DNA of 64,000 nucleotides from Dehalococcoidia bacterium (GTDB lineage: Bacteria; Chloroflexota; Dehalococcoidia; Lucifugimonadales; CAJWER01). Below, one piece after another: positions 1 to 8,090 of this stretch. The stretch lies in assembly GCA_965222445.1 (NCBI GenBank), contig CBDCTY010000002.1, positions 255,824 to 319,823 on the forward strand. The letters run 5' to 3'. The stretch's first letter is position 1. Every line of letters begins with the position of its first letter. A model generated the notes under the pieces. That model searched no databases. It was not told where the DNA came from and saw only the letters and a program-made list of their open reading frames with translations. The position numbers and the translations under genes are program-made.

Positions 1-276
1 GATCTCGATGAGGTCCATCGCCCGGCCTTCGTTGATCGCGGTGCACACCGCGCACTGGTTGTCGGGCTCGCCCTGCTGTGGATCGAGGCAGTTGAGCGCC
101 TTGGCGAGGATGCGCGCCGTGCTGGTCTTGCCGGTGCCCCGGGGACCGCAGAACAGGTAGGCGTGGGCCGTCCTGTCCTGGGAGATCGCGTTACGTAGAG
201 TGCGCACGACCATCTCCTGCCCGACGACCTCGTCGAGCCTGGTGGGGCGCCACTTCCTGTAGAAGACCTCGGTCAT
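1..276 (-). CDS. dnaX: DNA polymerase III subunit gamma/tau, N-terminal part (rest of gene lies beyond window start)
   Basis: Reverse translation from ATG at 276-274 gives MTEVFYRKWRPTRLDEVVGQE...LFCGPRGTGKTSTARILAKALNC (clamp-loader Walker A). Truncated by the window edge, so absent from the ORF track. Confidence 0.85.
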   Translation of the reverse strand, partial: MTEVFYRKWRPTRLDEVVGQEMVVRTLRNAISQDRTAHAYLFCGPRGTGKTSTARILAKALNCLDPQQGEPDNQCAVCTAINEGRAMDLIEI

Positions 277-379
277 CCTGAGTCACCCGAAACGGCCGCA
301 TGAACAGGCCGCGCCTGCACGGCAGACCTGCCTCCCGCAGCCTGATGGCATACCCTATCACACGGCATCGCAGGGCGTG

Positions 380-928
380 TCACGGGCCACGGCCGGGGCC
401 TATTGGGACATCGGCCAGGATGCGGGTTTCCAGGACCTTCATGGCGGCCTCGTCGTCGGGCTCCATGTGGTCGTAGCCCATCAGGTGGAGCACACCGTGG
501 GCCAGCAGCGCCGCAAGCTCGCCCCGGACAGTGCGACCGGCCGCCGCCGCCTGACGCACCGCCTGGGGGTAGGACACGATGACCTCCCCCAGCGGCTCCG
601 CCTGGCCGGGCGGCAGCGCAAAGCCAGGCATCTCTTCGACTGGCACCCTGCCGTCCGGCTCGCCGTAGTACTCGCCCTCGTGGACGAACGAGAATGCGAG
701 AACGTCGGTCGTCTCGTCCAGGCCGCGGTGCTCCCTGTTCAGGTCCCTCACCACGTCGTCGCCGGCGAACACCACGCTGACGCCGCTCCCCGCCGGGGCT
801 TCCGCAGCGGCCAGGGCGCGGGTCACCACGTCCTCGATCCAGCCCCCCGGCGGCAGATCGTGGCCCTCGTCGATGGTCTGCACCGCCACGTCGAACGGCT
901 GCCTGCCACAGGTGGACATGCCCGCCAT
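380..928 (-). CDS. ybeY: rRNA maturation endoribonuclease YbeY
   Basis: 182-aa ORF with the metal-binding motif HGVLHLMGYDH near the C-terminus and typical YbeY length. Confidence 0.85.
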   Translation of the reverse strand: MAGMSTCGRQPFDVAVQTIDEGHDLPPGGWIEDVVTRALAAAEAPAGSGVSVVFAGDDVVRDLNREHRGLDETTDVLAFSFVHEGEYYGEPDGRVPVEEMPGFALPPGQAEPLGEVIVSYPQAVRQAAAAGRTVRGELAALLAHGVLHLMGYDHMEPDDEAAMKVLETRILADVPIGPGRGP

Positions 929-1091
929 TATAGCGGCTCACGCGGTCCCGGAGCCGTCCAGTCGGAAGTGAGGGGGAAGCACGGCAGGGATACGGTGGGC
1001 GGCGTCACCCTTGCATCGACCCGCAACAGTTCAGTCTTCGTGGGGTATGTACAGAGTCCCCTCTCGGTCGGGCCGAGAGCCCCCATCCTAA

Positions 1092-1215
1092 TACCAAGTC
1101 ACCGTGATGCCGCCGTATATGTGCGGCCAGGGAGTGGGTTCCCGCCCCGTATCGAGTACGGGGCAGGCTCTTCGCGGGAATGACGGCTTTACGGCGCGCT
1201 CAAAACGAAATGGTA
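1092..1215 (+). mobile_element. MITE-A, long form (124 bp), alpha hairpin
   Basis: TACCAAGTCACCGTGATGCCGCCGTATATG...core with CCCCGTA-TCGAG-TACGGGG...TACGGCGCGCTCAAAACGAAATGGTA. Flanked by TAA (1089-1091) and TAA (1216-1218). Confidence 0.9.
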
Positions 1216-1275
1216 TAACATTCCCTCTCACGGGGAAGGTGCAAGTCAGGGGGTAGCGACAAGAGGTCGCGGGGG

Positions 1276-2466
1276 CTACTGGCCCTCGCCGCCGCAGAGG
1301 ACCATCTGGGAGCCGTCGGCGTTGGTATGCACTTCGTAGGGCGTGCCCGCTAGATCGAAGACCAGCTTGTAGCCGGGGGTGATGACCTGGGCGTAGCCTT
1401 CACCCTCCTTGGGGCAGCCAAGGCTGGCGTCGGGCCATTGCACGCTCTCTGTGCTGTCGAGTATGAAGCCACGCTCGCCCACGCCGACCTCGTCGGCAAG
1501 CAGCTTCCGCGCCGCCGTCTCGATGCCGATCTCCTGGCACTTCGATTCGAGCTGGGCCAGCTGGGAGTCCTCGCTGCTGCCGGACGGAGCTTCCGCCGAC
1601 GTGACGGCGCTCTTCCTGATGTCGTCGAAGACCGACCCCAGGTCCGAGGACGAGCCTACGAACAAGGTATTCTCGGCGAGGTGCAGCCTGTAGGTCTCGA
1701 GGGAGCGCTGGAATGTGTAGAACTCGGGGTCCTGCTCCAGGGCGTCGGCGAATATCTTGACCGCCTCAGCCTCCCCGCACCCGCGGATGATGTCGGCGTC
1801 GCGCTGGGCCTCGGACCGTATGACCACGGCCTGCCTATCGACCGACGCGCGCTTCTCAAGGTCGGCCTTGGTGCCAGCGGCGCGCTCCCGGTCAGCGATG
1901 CGCTGGCGCTCGGCCTGCATCCTCTGGTAGATGCTGTTGGCGATCTCGCCGGGGAAGTCGGCGCGCTTCATTCGCACGTCCACTATCTGGATGCCGAAGT
2001 CCAGCAGCTTGGGCTCGACGGCGTCCCGCACACGGTTCATGACCAACTCGCGGCTCGTCTGAATGATCTCCGACTGGTCGTCGAGACCGATCTCCCGGCG
2101 GAGCTCGGACGCCACGATGTCGATGGCCCGGGAGGCCGCGCGGGACTCCGTCCTGAGCGTCTCCACGAACCTGAGCGGGTTGGTGATGCGCCCCCTGGCG
2201 TATACGTCGATCACGAGCCGCTTCTTGTCCTTAGTAAGCAGCGAGTCGGGCGGAGCGTCGAATACCAGGAGACGCCTGTCGAGATATGCGACGCGCTCGA
2301 TGAACGGCGTCTTGACGAAGAGCCCGGGGCGCTCGATCTGCCTGACCGGCTCGCCAAACCGGGTCACCACGGCAACCTGGGTCTCGTCGACCACGAAGAA
2401 TACCTGGGGGCCTACGATCCCCGCGGCCAGGACCGCGATCACTATTAGTGTTGCTATGAGTTTCAT
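1276..2466 (-). CDS. hflC: HflC-like SPFH/band-7 protease modulator with ~110-aa Cys-containing C-terminal extension
   Basis: N-terminal TM helix then SPFH domain (VVTRFGEP..., coiled Ala/Arg/Glu-rich region). Lies immediately downstream of hflK on the same strand. Confidence 0.8.
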   Translation of the reverse strand: MKLIATLIVIAVLAAGIVGPQVFFVVDETQVAVVTRFGEPVRQIERPGLFVKTPFIERVAYLDRRLLVFDAPPDSLLTKDKKRLVIDVYARGRITNPLRFVETLRTESRAASRAIDIVASELRREIGLDDQSEIIQTSRELVMNRVRDAVEPKLLDFGIQIVDVRMKRADFPGEIANSIYQRMQAERQRIADRERAAGTKADLEKRASVDRQAVVIRSEAQRDADIIRGCGEAEAVKIFADALEQDPEFYTFQRSLETYRLHLAENTLFVGSSSDLGSVFDDIRKSAVTSAEAPSGSSEDSQLAQLESKCQEIGIETAARKLLADEVGVGERGFILDSTESVQWPDASLGCPKEGEGYAQVITPGYKLVFDLAGTPYEVHTNADGSQMVLCGGEGQ

Positions 2467-2473
2467 CGGCCGC

Positions 2474-3490
2474 CTACTGCTGCCCTTCGATCGGGACTGG
2501 CAGGATACTCGATCCGGCGCCTTCCGTGACGACCACGATGTTGGTGCCCGGGTCGACTATGAACTTGTTGACGTTCGGGAGGATCTGCTCCATCGCGTCG
2601 AGATAGAGCCTCTGCCGCGTAATGTCGGGCGCCTTCCTGTACTCGGACAGGATTGCCTTGAATCTCTCGGCCTGGCCGGTGGCGAGGTTGACGCGCTCGG
2701 ACTTATCGGCCTCCGCAGCCTCCACCAGCCTGGCCGCCTCGCCGCGCGCCGTCGGGAGTATCTTCTCCTCGTAGGCGTCCGCAAGATTGATTACCGTCTC
2801 CTTGTCCTCCTTGGCCCTCACCACGTCGTCGAATGAATCGCGGACCTGGTCGGGAGGGTTCACCGCCTGCAGCTTGACCTCCCGGACGTTGATGCCCGCC
2901 TGGTAGATGTCGAGGAGCGACTGGATGAGACGCTGGGTCTCGATCTGGACCTCCTCCTTCTTGTCAGTCAGCACGTCGTCGATGGGGCGGCTGCCGACCA
3001 CCTGCCGGAGCGCCGTCTCGGCTACGTCACGCATCGTGATGCCCTCGGGGTCGACGACTCGGAAGAGGAAGTCGACGGGGTCCTTGATGTCGAATTGCAC
3101 CAGCAACTGAACGTCGACTATGTTCTCGTCGCCCGTGATCATCAGGGACTCGATGGGGACCGGCGTACTGCCCCTGAACCCCAGCTCCAGGCGGCGGATC
3201 TCGTCGACGTTGACGATAGTCTTGGTGCCGACCGGCGTGGGCGGGAACCAGTTTAGCCCAGGCCCCTGCTCGCTGTTGAACTTGCCGAAGAGCCGGAGCA
3301 CTGCGACCTGGCCCGGCTGTACCGTGTAGAAGCCGGTGGCTGCCCATGCAAGTCCCGCCACCAGCAGGACGGCCAACAGGATGTACAGGAATGCGCCCCC
3401 GCCGCCGCCTATCTTGAATCCTCCGAAGATCGAACGGAGCCGGCCCAATAGGTGCTCCAAGTTTACTTCCGGTTCGTCCTTCCTGTTCAT
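2474..3490 (-). CDS. hflK: HflK-like SPFH/band-7 protease modulator
   Basis: 338-aa ORF with a TM helix then an SPFH domain (FYTVQPGQVAVLRLFGKF...). Adjacent to hflC with a 7-nt gap. Confidence 0.8.
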   Translation of the reverse strand: MNRKDEPEVNLEHLLGRLRSIFGGFKIGGGGGAFLYILLAVLLVAGLAWAATGFYTVQPGQVAVLRLFGKFNSEQGPGLNWFPPTPVGTKTIVNVDEIRRLELGFRGSTPVPIESLMITGDENIVDVQLLVQFDIKDPVDFLFRVVDPEGITMRDVAETALRQVVGSRPIDDVLTDKKEEVQIETQRLIQSLLDIYQAGINVREVKLQAVNPPDQVRDSFDDVVRAKEDKETVINLADAYEEKILPTARGEAARLVEAAEADKSERVNLATGQAERFKAILSEYRKAPDITRQRLYLDAMEQILPNVNKFIVDPGTNIVVVTEGAGSSILPVPIEGQQ

Positions 3491-3571
3491 ACCGCTCCTG
3501 ATTATCGCCCCGCAGGTTCAACAACTATTCTAGCACACCACCGTCCGTCGAAAGTGTGAAGGCGGCCCAAT

Positions 3572-3629
3572 CCGTCGTTCCCGCGCAGAGCCTGCCCCCC
3601 CGAGCAGTCGGGGGCGGGAACCAATCCCC
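3572..3629 (-). repeat. Solo core hairpin module, reverse orientation (beta-like)
   Basis: CCGTCGTTCCCGCGCAGAGCCTGCCCCCCCGAGCAGTCGGGGGCGGGAACCAATCCCC is the reverse complement of the GGGTTCCCGCC-CCCCCGACTGCTCGGGGG-CAGGCTCT.CGCGGGAA.GACGG module. Confidence 0.75.
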
Positions 3630-3693
3630 GGCCGCCGCCATAAGATCTGGGCGGCCGAGCAATTCCATCAGTTGGTGGGGCTTCCCTGTCTTA

Positions 3694-3846
3694 TACCAAT
3701 TAGGTGTGATGCCGCCATATATCCATGAACCTGGTTGCTATGCCCTTCGACAGGATCAGGGCAGGTTTACGGCAGTGACCGGGGAAGGCGGGTTACAAAC
3801 CCGCCGCTACGATTTGAATTGACGGCGTAGTCAAAATGAATTGGTA
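3694..3846 (+). mobile_element. MITE-B (153 bp): same outer termini as MITE-A, different interior
   Basis: TACCAATTAGGTGTGATGCCGCCATATA...ACGGCGTAGTCAAAATGAATTGGTA. Shares both ends with the copy at 39253-39450. Flanks are TTA/TAA (discordant). Confidence 0.75.
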
Positions 3847-3935
3847 TAAGCTAGACGGCCCAGACTGAAACGCGCCCGTTCCAGACATGTCACCCCCGTG
3901 ATGTCATTCCGAATGCAGTGAGGAATCTAAGGGGT

Positions 3936-4244
3936 TCAGTAGTCACCGTACCATTCGATTGACAGGTCTCTCCACCGAGGGTTGAGGCTCTCGATTAGCT
4001 CCTCTTTCTTGCTGCGACGCCAGCCTTTGATCTGCTTCTCCCGCGTGACTGCGGACGAGATGTCAGGAGTCTGTTCGTAGCAGGCGAGCCAGCTGATGTT
4101 GTATCTAGCGGTAAAGCCCGTCACCAACTTCTGTTTGTGTTCGTATACCCTTCTCACAAGGTCGTTGGTGACGCCTACGTATAGGGTTCTGACGCTGTTG
4201 GTCAGAATATATACCTAGTATTGCCGGCCTGAGCCCGCGGGCAT
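3936..4244 (-). pseudogene. GIY-YIG nuclease family (UPF0213-like) gene with in-frame TAG at 4215-4217
   Basis: Reverse frame reads [56 protein letters not shown]...REKQIKGWRRSKKEELI. The GIY...YVG motif lies upstream of the track ORF (3936-4157) and after an in-frame stop. Lower GC than its surroundings. Confidence 0.6.
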
Positions 4245-4252
4245 GGGCCTTA

Positions 4253-4352
4253 TACCAAGTCACCGTGATGCCGCCGTATATGTGCGGCCAGGGAGTGGGT
4301 TCCCGCCTTCGCGGGAATGACGGATTTACGGCGCGCTCAAAATAAATTGGTA
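4253..4352 (+). mobile_element. MITE-A, short form (100 bp, lacks inner hairpin)
   Basis: TACCAAGTCACCGTGATGCC...GGGTTCCCGCCTTCGCGGGAATGACGG...AAATTGGTA. Flanked by TTA (4250-4252) and TTA (4353-4355). Confidence 0.9.
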
Positions 4353-4416
4353 TTACTCCCAAGTTGGGGGACGTTATTGGTGTGGATTACCCTTCAATAC
4401 TAAGGGTATTGGACTG

Positions 4417-5652
4417 CTATGGCTCGCCCTCACCCAGATCCTCGACCAGGGCCGCGAACTCTCCCGGCGTGCCAACGGCGGAGACCGTCGATATGAAGGT
4501 CCTGAGATCGGGTGCAGCGGACCTGAGCCGCCTCATGCCCTCGCCCACCGGGTTCGAGGACTGCGGCTGCTCCGCGTAGGTGCCTGCGAACGCGAAGTAC
4601 GCCTGGTTGATCTTGCGCAGGTGGTAGCCGTTTTCGACGAAGACTCGCCGCCGCCCCTCCATGTACATCTCCGCCTCTTCGACCTTGCCCTCGGCCAGGA
4701 GCGAGTCGACCCGCAAGCGGGTTGCCCTCATCTCCCGGCTGAAGTCGAACTTCCCGACCTCCGGCGCCGCTCCTGCCTGGGCGGGGTTGGGCGGCGGGTC
4801 GATCGTGCCCCCCAGCTTCACGTAGGCCATGTCGCCGATCTCCCGGCCCACCAGGTCCGCAAGCGTCTCGTTGATGGTGAGCATCTCGTTACTCTGATAC
4901 GTCCTTAGCCCCAGGGGCGTGAGGTGGGCGACCAGGTAGTGGTGGAGCCACTCGTGCGCCGCCGTCTGAAGTATGTGCCTCAGCGGGAAGCCCGACCGCA
5001 CTATCGCCGGGTACGTCGCCACCCCGCCTATGTCGCTCACGAGGGCCGACAGGTCCGATTCGGCCAGAAGCGCCTCCTCGATCCCCTCCCGTTCGAGGAC
5101 GGACAGGCCGGGGTCTACCAGTGCCTCGTCGTCCCTGGAGATGGTGCGGCGAGGCGACGTGACGACGACGGACGGCGGGTCGTCGAGCCGTATGTCGACC
5201 GGGGGATAGTCGACCGGGCCGTATGAGCCGAGCCCAAGCTCCGAGAGCACGGCGCTGACGGTCGCCTCTATCACCTCCTCGGCATCGTTTCGCACCGCCA
5301 TGCGTGCGGTCCTGGCGTTGCTCAGCTCCTCGTGAAGGGACGACAGGACCTCGTGGTCGTGCTTGGGGACCGAGGCTGCCCTGTCGATCTCATACGTGAG
5401 CCTGCCTATCTCGCGGCTCAGCTCCAGATAGGAGTCCAGGGCGGCCCGGCCTACCGGCCCGCTCCGCTGCGTCCACGGCAGAAGCGTGGAGAGCCTGTGC
5501 GTCCACTTGTCGAGGAGGTTCCCGGCCTCCCACGCCACGAGGCTGTACCGGAAACGGGCCGACGCCCGCTCGGCCGTGTTGAAGTGGACGCCGTCGTTGA
5601 CTTGAAGCACGGCCGCCAGGGCTAAAGCGAGCAGGACCCTGATTATCCTCAC
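4417..5652 (-). CDS. Hypothetical secreted/membrane-anchored HExxH metallopeptidase-like protein
   Basis: 411-aa ORF with an N-terminal hydrophobic signal/anchor (MRIIRVLLALALAAVL) and an HEWLHH (HExxH) motif. Family not recognised. Confidence 0.55.
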   Translation of the reverse strand: MRIIRVLLALALAAVLQVNDGVHFNTAERASARFRYSLVAWEAGNLLDKWTHRLSTLLPWTQRSGPVGRAALDSYLELSREIGRLTYEIDRAASVPKHDHEVLSSLHEELSNARTARMAVRNDAEEVIEATVSAVLSELGLGSYGPVDYPPVDIRLDDPPSVVVTSPRRTISRDDEALVDPGLSVLEREGIEEALLAESDLSALVSDIGGVATYPAIVRSGFPLRHILQTAAHEWLHHYLVAHLTPLGLRTYQSNEMLTINETLADLVGREIGDMAYVKLGGTIDPPPNPAQAGAAPEVGKFDFSREMRATRLRVDSLLAEGKVEEAEMYMEGRRRVFVENGYHLRKINQAYFAFAGTYAEQPQSSNPVGEGMRRLRSAAPDLRTFISTVSAVGTPGEFAALVEDLGEGEP

Positions 5653-5739
5653 TATATCCAGTCTATAACGGCGGGGCGCTGAGGCGGACGCCCGCTATAC
5701 TACGGCCAAGCTCAACGCATGACACGCAAGGAGGGTTAC

Positions 5740-6726
5740 ATGGCAAAGCCCAGGGTTGCGGTCCTGATAAGGGAGCCGCTCAGACGGCGGATATTGAGCG
5801 ATGACGACCTGGCGAAGCTGGAAGAGGTTGCGCAGGTCGAGCTCAGCCCCCACGAGCGAGACATGACGGAGGACGAGGTTGCGGCGATGCTGCGTAACGC
5901 CGACGGCTGCATGTCGTCCTGGGGAACGCCCCCACTGACACCCAGGATTGTCGACTCGGCGTCGGGGCTGAAGATATGGGCGCATGCCGCGGGCTCGGTC
6001 AAGCCGATGGTCGCCGACAATGCGTGGTACGGCGGCGTAACGGTGACGAGCGCCGCGCCCGCCATCGCCGAGGACGTGGCTGAGATGACCATGGCGCTGA
6101 TCACAATGGGGCTGCGGTGCGTCGTGCCGCTGAGCCGCAGGATGGCTTCCAACCAGCCGGTCGACAAGGACATCGTGCGCGCCCTCTACCGGGCCACGAT
6201 TGGCGTGATAAGCGCGAGCCACGTGGGGCGCGGGGTGATCGAACGGCTCCGACCCTACGACGCCCGAGTCCTGCTATACGATCCCTTCGTAGACCCGGAC
6301 GAGGCCGCCCGTATGGGGGCCGAGCTCGCGGACCTGGACGCGATGGCCCGCGAGAGCGACGCCGTCACCTGCCATGCGCCAAAGCTGCCTGAGACCTACC
6401 ACATGCTCGGCGAGAACCACTTCAGGGCGATGCGGGACGACACGATCGTCGTCAACACCTCGCGCGGGGACAACATCGACGAGGCAGCCCTGGTCCGCGA
6501 GCTCGAGAAGGGCCGCCTGTTCGCGTTCCTGGATGTCACCAGCCCGGAGCCCGCGGCGGCGGACAGCCCGCTGCGGAGGCTCCCTAACGTCGTACTGACG
6601 CCCCACATCGCCGGAGCCAAGTCGTTCCGCACCGGCGCCATGGCGGTGGAGGAGCTGCGCCGCTTCTTCGCCGGCGAGCCGCAGATACACCAGGTGACCA
6701 GGGACATGCTGCCAGTGATCGCATGA
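5740..6726 (+). CDS. D-isomer-specific 2-hydroxyacid dehydrogenase family protein
   Basis: The C-terminal half has family signatures (NTSRGDNIDEAALVRELEKGRL.AFLDV...PNVVLTPHIAG). AAGGAGGG RBS 6 nt before the ATG at 5740. Confidence 0.8.
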   Translation: MAKPRVAVLIREPLRRRILSDDDLAKLEEVAQVELSPHERDMTEDEVAAMLRNADGCMSSWGTPPLTPRIVDSASGLKIWAHAAGSVKPMVADNAWYGGVTVTSAAPAIAEDVAEMTMALITMGLRCVVPLSRRMASNQPVDKDIVRALYRATIGVISASHVGRGVIERLRPYDARVLLYDPFVDPDEAARMGAELADLDAMARESDAVTCHAPKLPETYHMLGENHFRAMRDDTIVVNTSRGDNIDEAALVRELEKGRLFAFLDVTSPEPAAADSPLRRLPNVVLTPHIAGAKSFRTGAMAVEELRRFFAGEPQIHQVTRDMLPVIA

Positions 6727-6887
6727 CCCGGGCTCTCGTCCTCTGTAGTATCGTCATTGGCGTCGGACCGGAGGGCGCATGACCCTGGACCATCGACGCG
6801 GGAAGCACCATGGCCTTGCGAAAGCCGCACAAGGGTATGATATGGGTGCTGCTGCCACACCCCGGCGTAGGCTAGGATCCAAGGGCC

Positions 6888-6944
6888 GGGGATGGGTTCC
6901 CGCCCCGTATCAAGTACGGGGCAGGCTCTTCGCGGGAACGACGG
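6888..6944 (+). repeat. Solo core hairpin module (alpha variant, loop TCAAG)
   Basis: GGGGATGGGTTCCCGCCCCGTATCAAGTACGGGGCAGGCTCTTCGCGGGAACGACGG. Possibly bounded by short inverted repeats GCCACACCCC (6853-6862) and GGGGCGTGGC (6947-6956). Confidence 0.8.
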
Positions 6945-6951
6945 ATGGGGC

Positions 6952-7878
6952 GTGGCGCGGCTGTTTTCGTGGGAACGGACTCACTTGAAGGCGGTCCTGC
7001 TGGCCGCACGTCCGAAGCAGTGGACGAAGAACCTGCTCATCTACGTCCCCCTGTTTTTCACGGCGGGCGACGCGTGGGATTTCTCGGACGCGGCTGCGGC
7101 CCTGTCGCTGTTGGTGAAGGCGACCGTCGCCGTCGTCCTCTTCTCCCTCGTGTCCTCGGGCCAGTACATGGTCAACGACGTCCTCGACGCCGACGAAGAC
7201 CGGCGGCACGCGAGGAAGCGCCGCCGTCCAGTGGCGTCGGGCGCTCTAGCCGCTCCGGTTGCGCTCACGTTGGGCGGCGTGCTGGCGGCCGCAGGGATCG
7301 CCGGCGCTTTCGCGCTCGAACCCGACTTCGGCTGGGTGACTGCCATCTACCTTGCGACGACTGCGGCCTACTCGTTTGCGCTGAAGAGGATCGTGCTGCT
7401 GGACGTGTTCGTAATCAGCGCCGGGTTCGTGCTCAGGACCGTGGCGGGGGCCGCGGTGCTGGACGTACCCGTGTCGCCCTGGCTATACACCTGCGCCGGG
7501 TTGGGCGCGCTCTTCATCGCCCTGTCGAAGCGGCGGAGCGAGCTCGTAAACGCGGGTAACCGCGCGCCCGAGCAGCGGGAGACCCTCGACCTTTACTCAC
7601 GCCCGCTGCTGGACCAGCTCATCGGAATCTCAGCGACCGCGGCGCTGCTGACCTACGTCCTGTACACATTCACCGCACCGAACCTGCCGGACGACCACTC
7701 GATGATGCTGACCGCGCCCTTCGCCGTCTACATCCTTTTCAGGTACATCTACCTGGTGCAGAGGCGCGGCGCAGGCGAAAACCCCGAGGACGTGTTCACC
7801 TCCGACCTGCCCATCATCGTGGCGGTCGCCCTGTGGCTCCTCACCGCCCTGGCGGTCCTGCTGAGGGCGGCCGGCTGA
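6952..7878 (+). CDS. UbiA-family prenyl/phosphoribosyl transferase (decaprenyl-phosphate phosphoribosyltransferase-like)
   Basis: Contains RPKQWTKNLL, NDVLDADEDRRHARKRRRPVASG and multiple TM helices. The track ORF starts at 6892 inside the repeat module. A GTG at 6952 or TTG at 6985 is a more plausible start. Confidence 0.75.
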   Translation: MARLFSWERTHLKAVLLAARPKQWTKNLLIYVPLFFTAGDAWDFSDAAAALSLLVKATVAVVLFSLVSSGQYMVNDVLDADEDRRHARKRRRPVASGALAAPVALTLGGVLAAAGIAGAFALEPDFGWVTAIYLATTAAYSFALKRIVLLDVFVISAGFVLRTVAGAAVLDVPVSPWLYTCAGLGALFIALSKRRSELVNAGNRAPEQRETLDLYSRPLLDQLIGISATAALLTYVLYTFTAPNLPDDHSMMLTAPFAVYILFRYIYLVQRRGAGENPEDVFTSDLPIIVAVALWLLTALAVLLRAAG

Positions 7879-8090
7879 TTGCCCGGCTTCCCTGAGGGCC
7901 TCGGCAGGTTGCGGCAACACTGTCGTCCTGAGCCAAGCGAAGGACCTGGGGTGGGGTCGCCCTCGACCTGCGTCATACGTCGACCTCGCCACCGCCCCAG
8001 GCCCGCACTCCGTTCAGGGCGACACCAACCGGCCGGTCGTTCTTCGACTGCCTGCTAGACCTGAGGCTCTGAACGCCGTAACCTTGTCCC

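Noticed and set aside
1092-1215. Interpreting MITE-A as an IS200/IS605-type palindrome-associated element (PATE) or a REP/RAYT element, because of the hairpins and strict strand polarity.
   Set aside because: Copies have terminal inverted repeats and a duplicated 3-bp target, confirmed by an empty site and by ORF restoration. ssDNA transposons do not produce these. The polarity remains unexplained, so the idea is only partly rejected.
4215-4217. In-frame TAG in the GIY-YIG gene as evidence of stop-codon reassignment or pyrrolysine-type recoding.
   Set aside because: TAG terminates several well-supported genes in the window (e.g. hyuA 30933-30935, fic 34825-34827, hisH 49683-49685). A single nonsense mutation is the simpler explanation.
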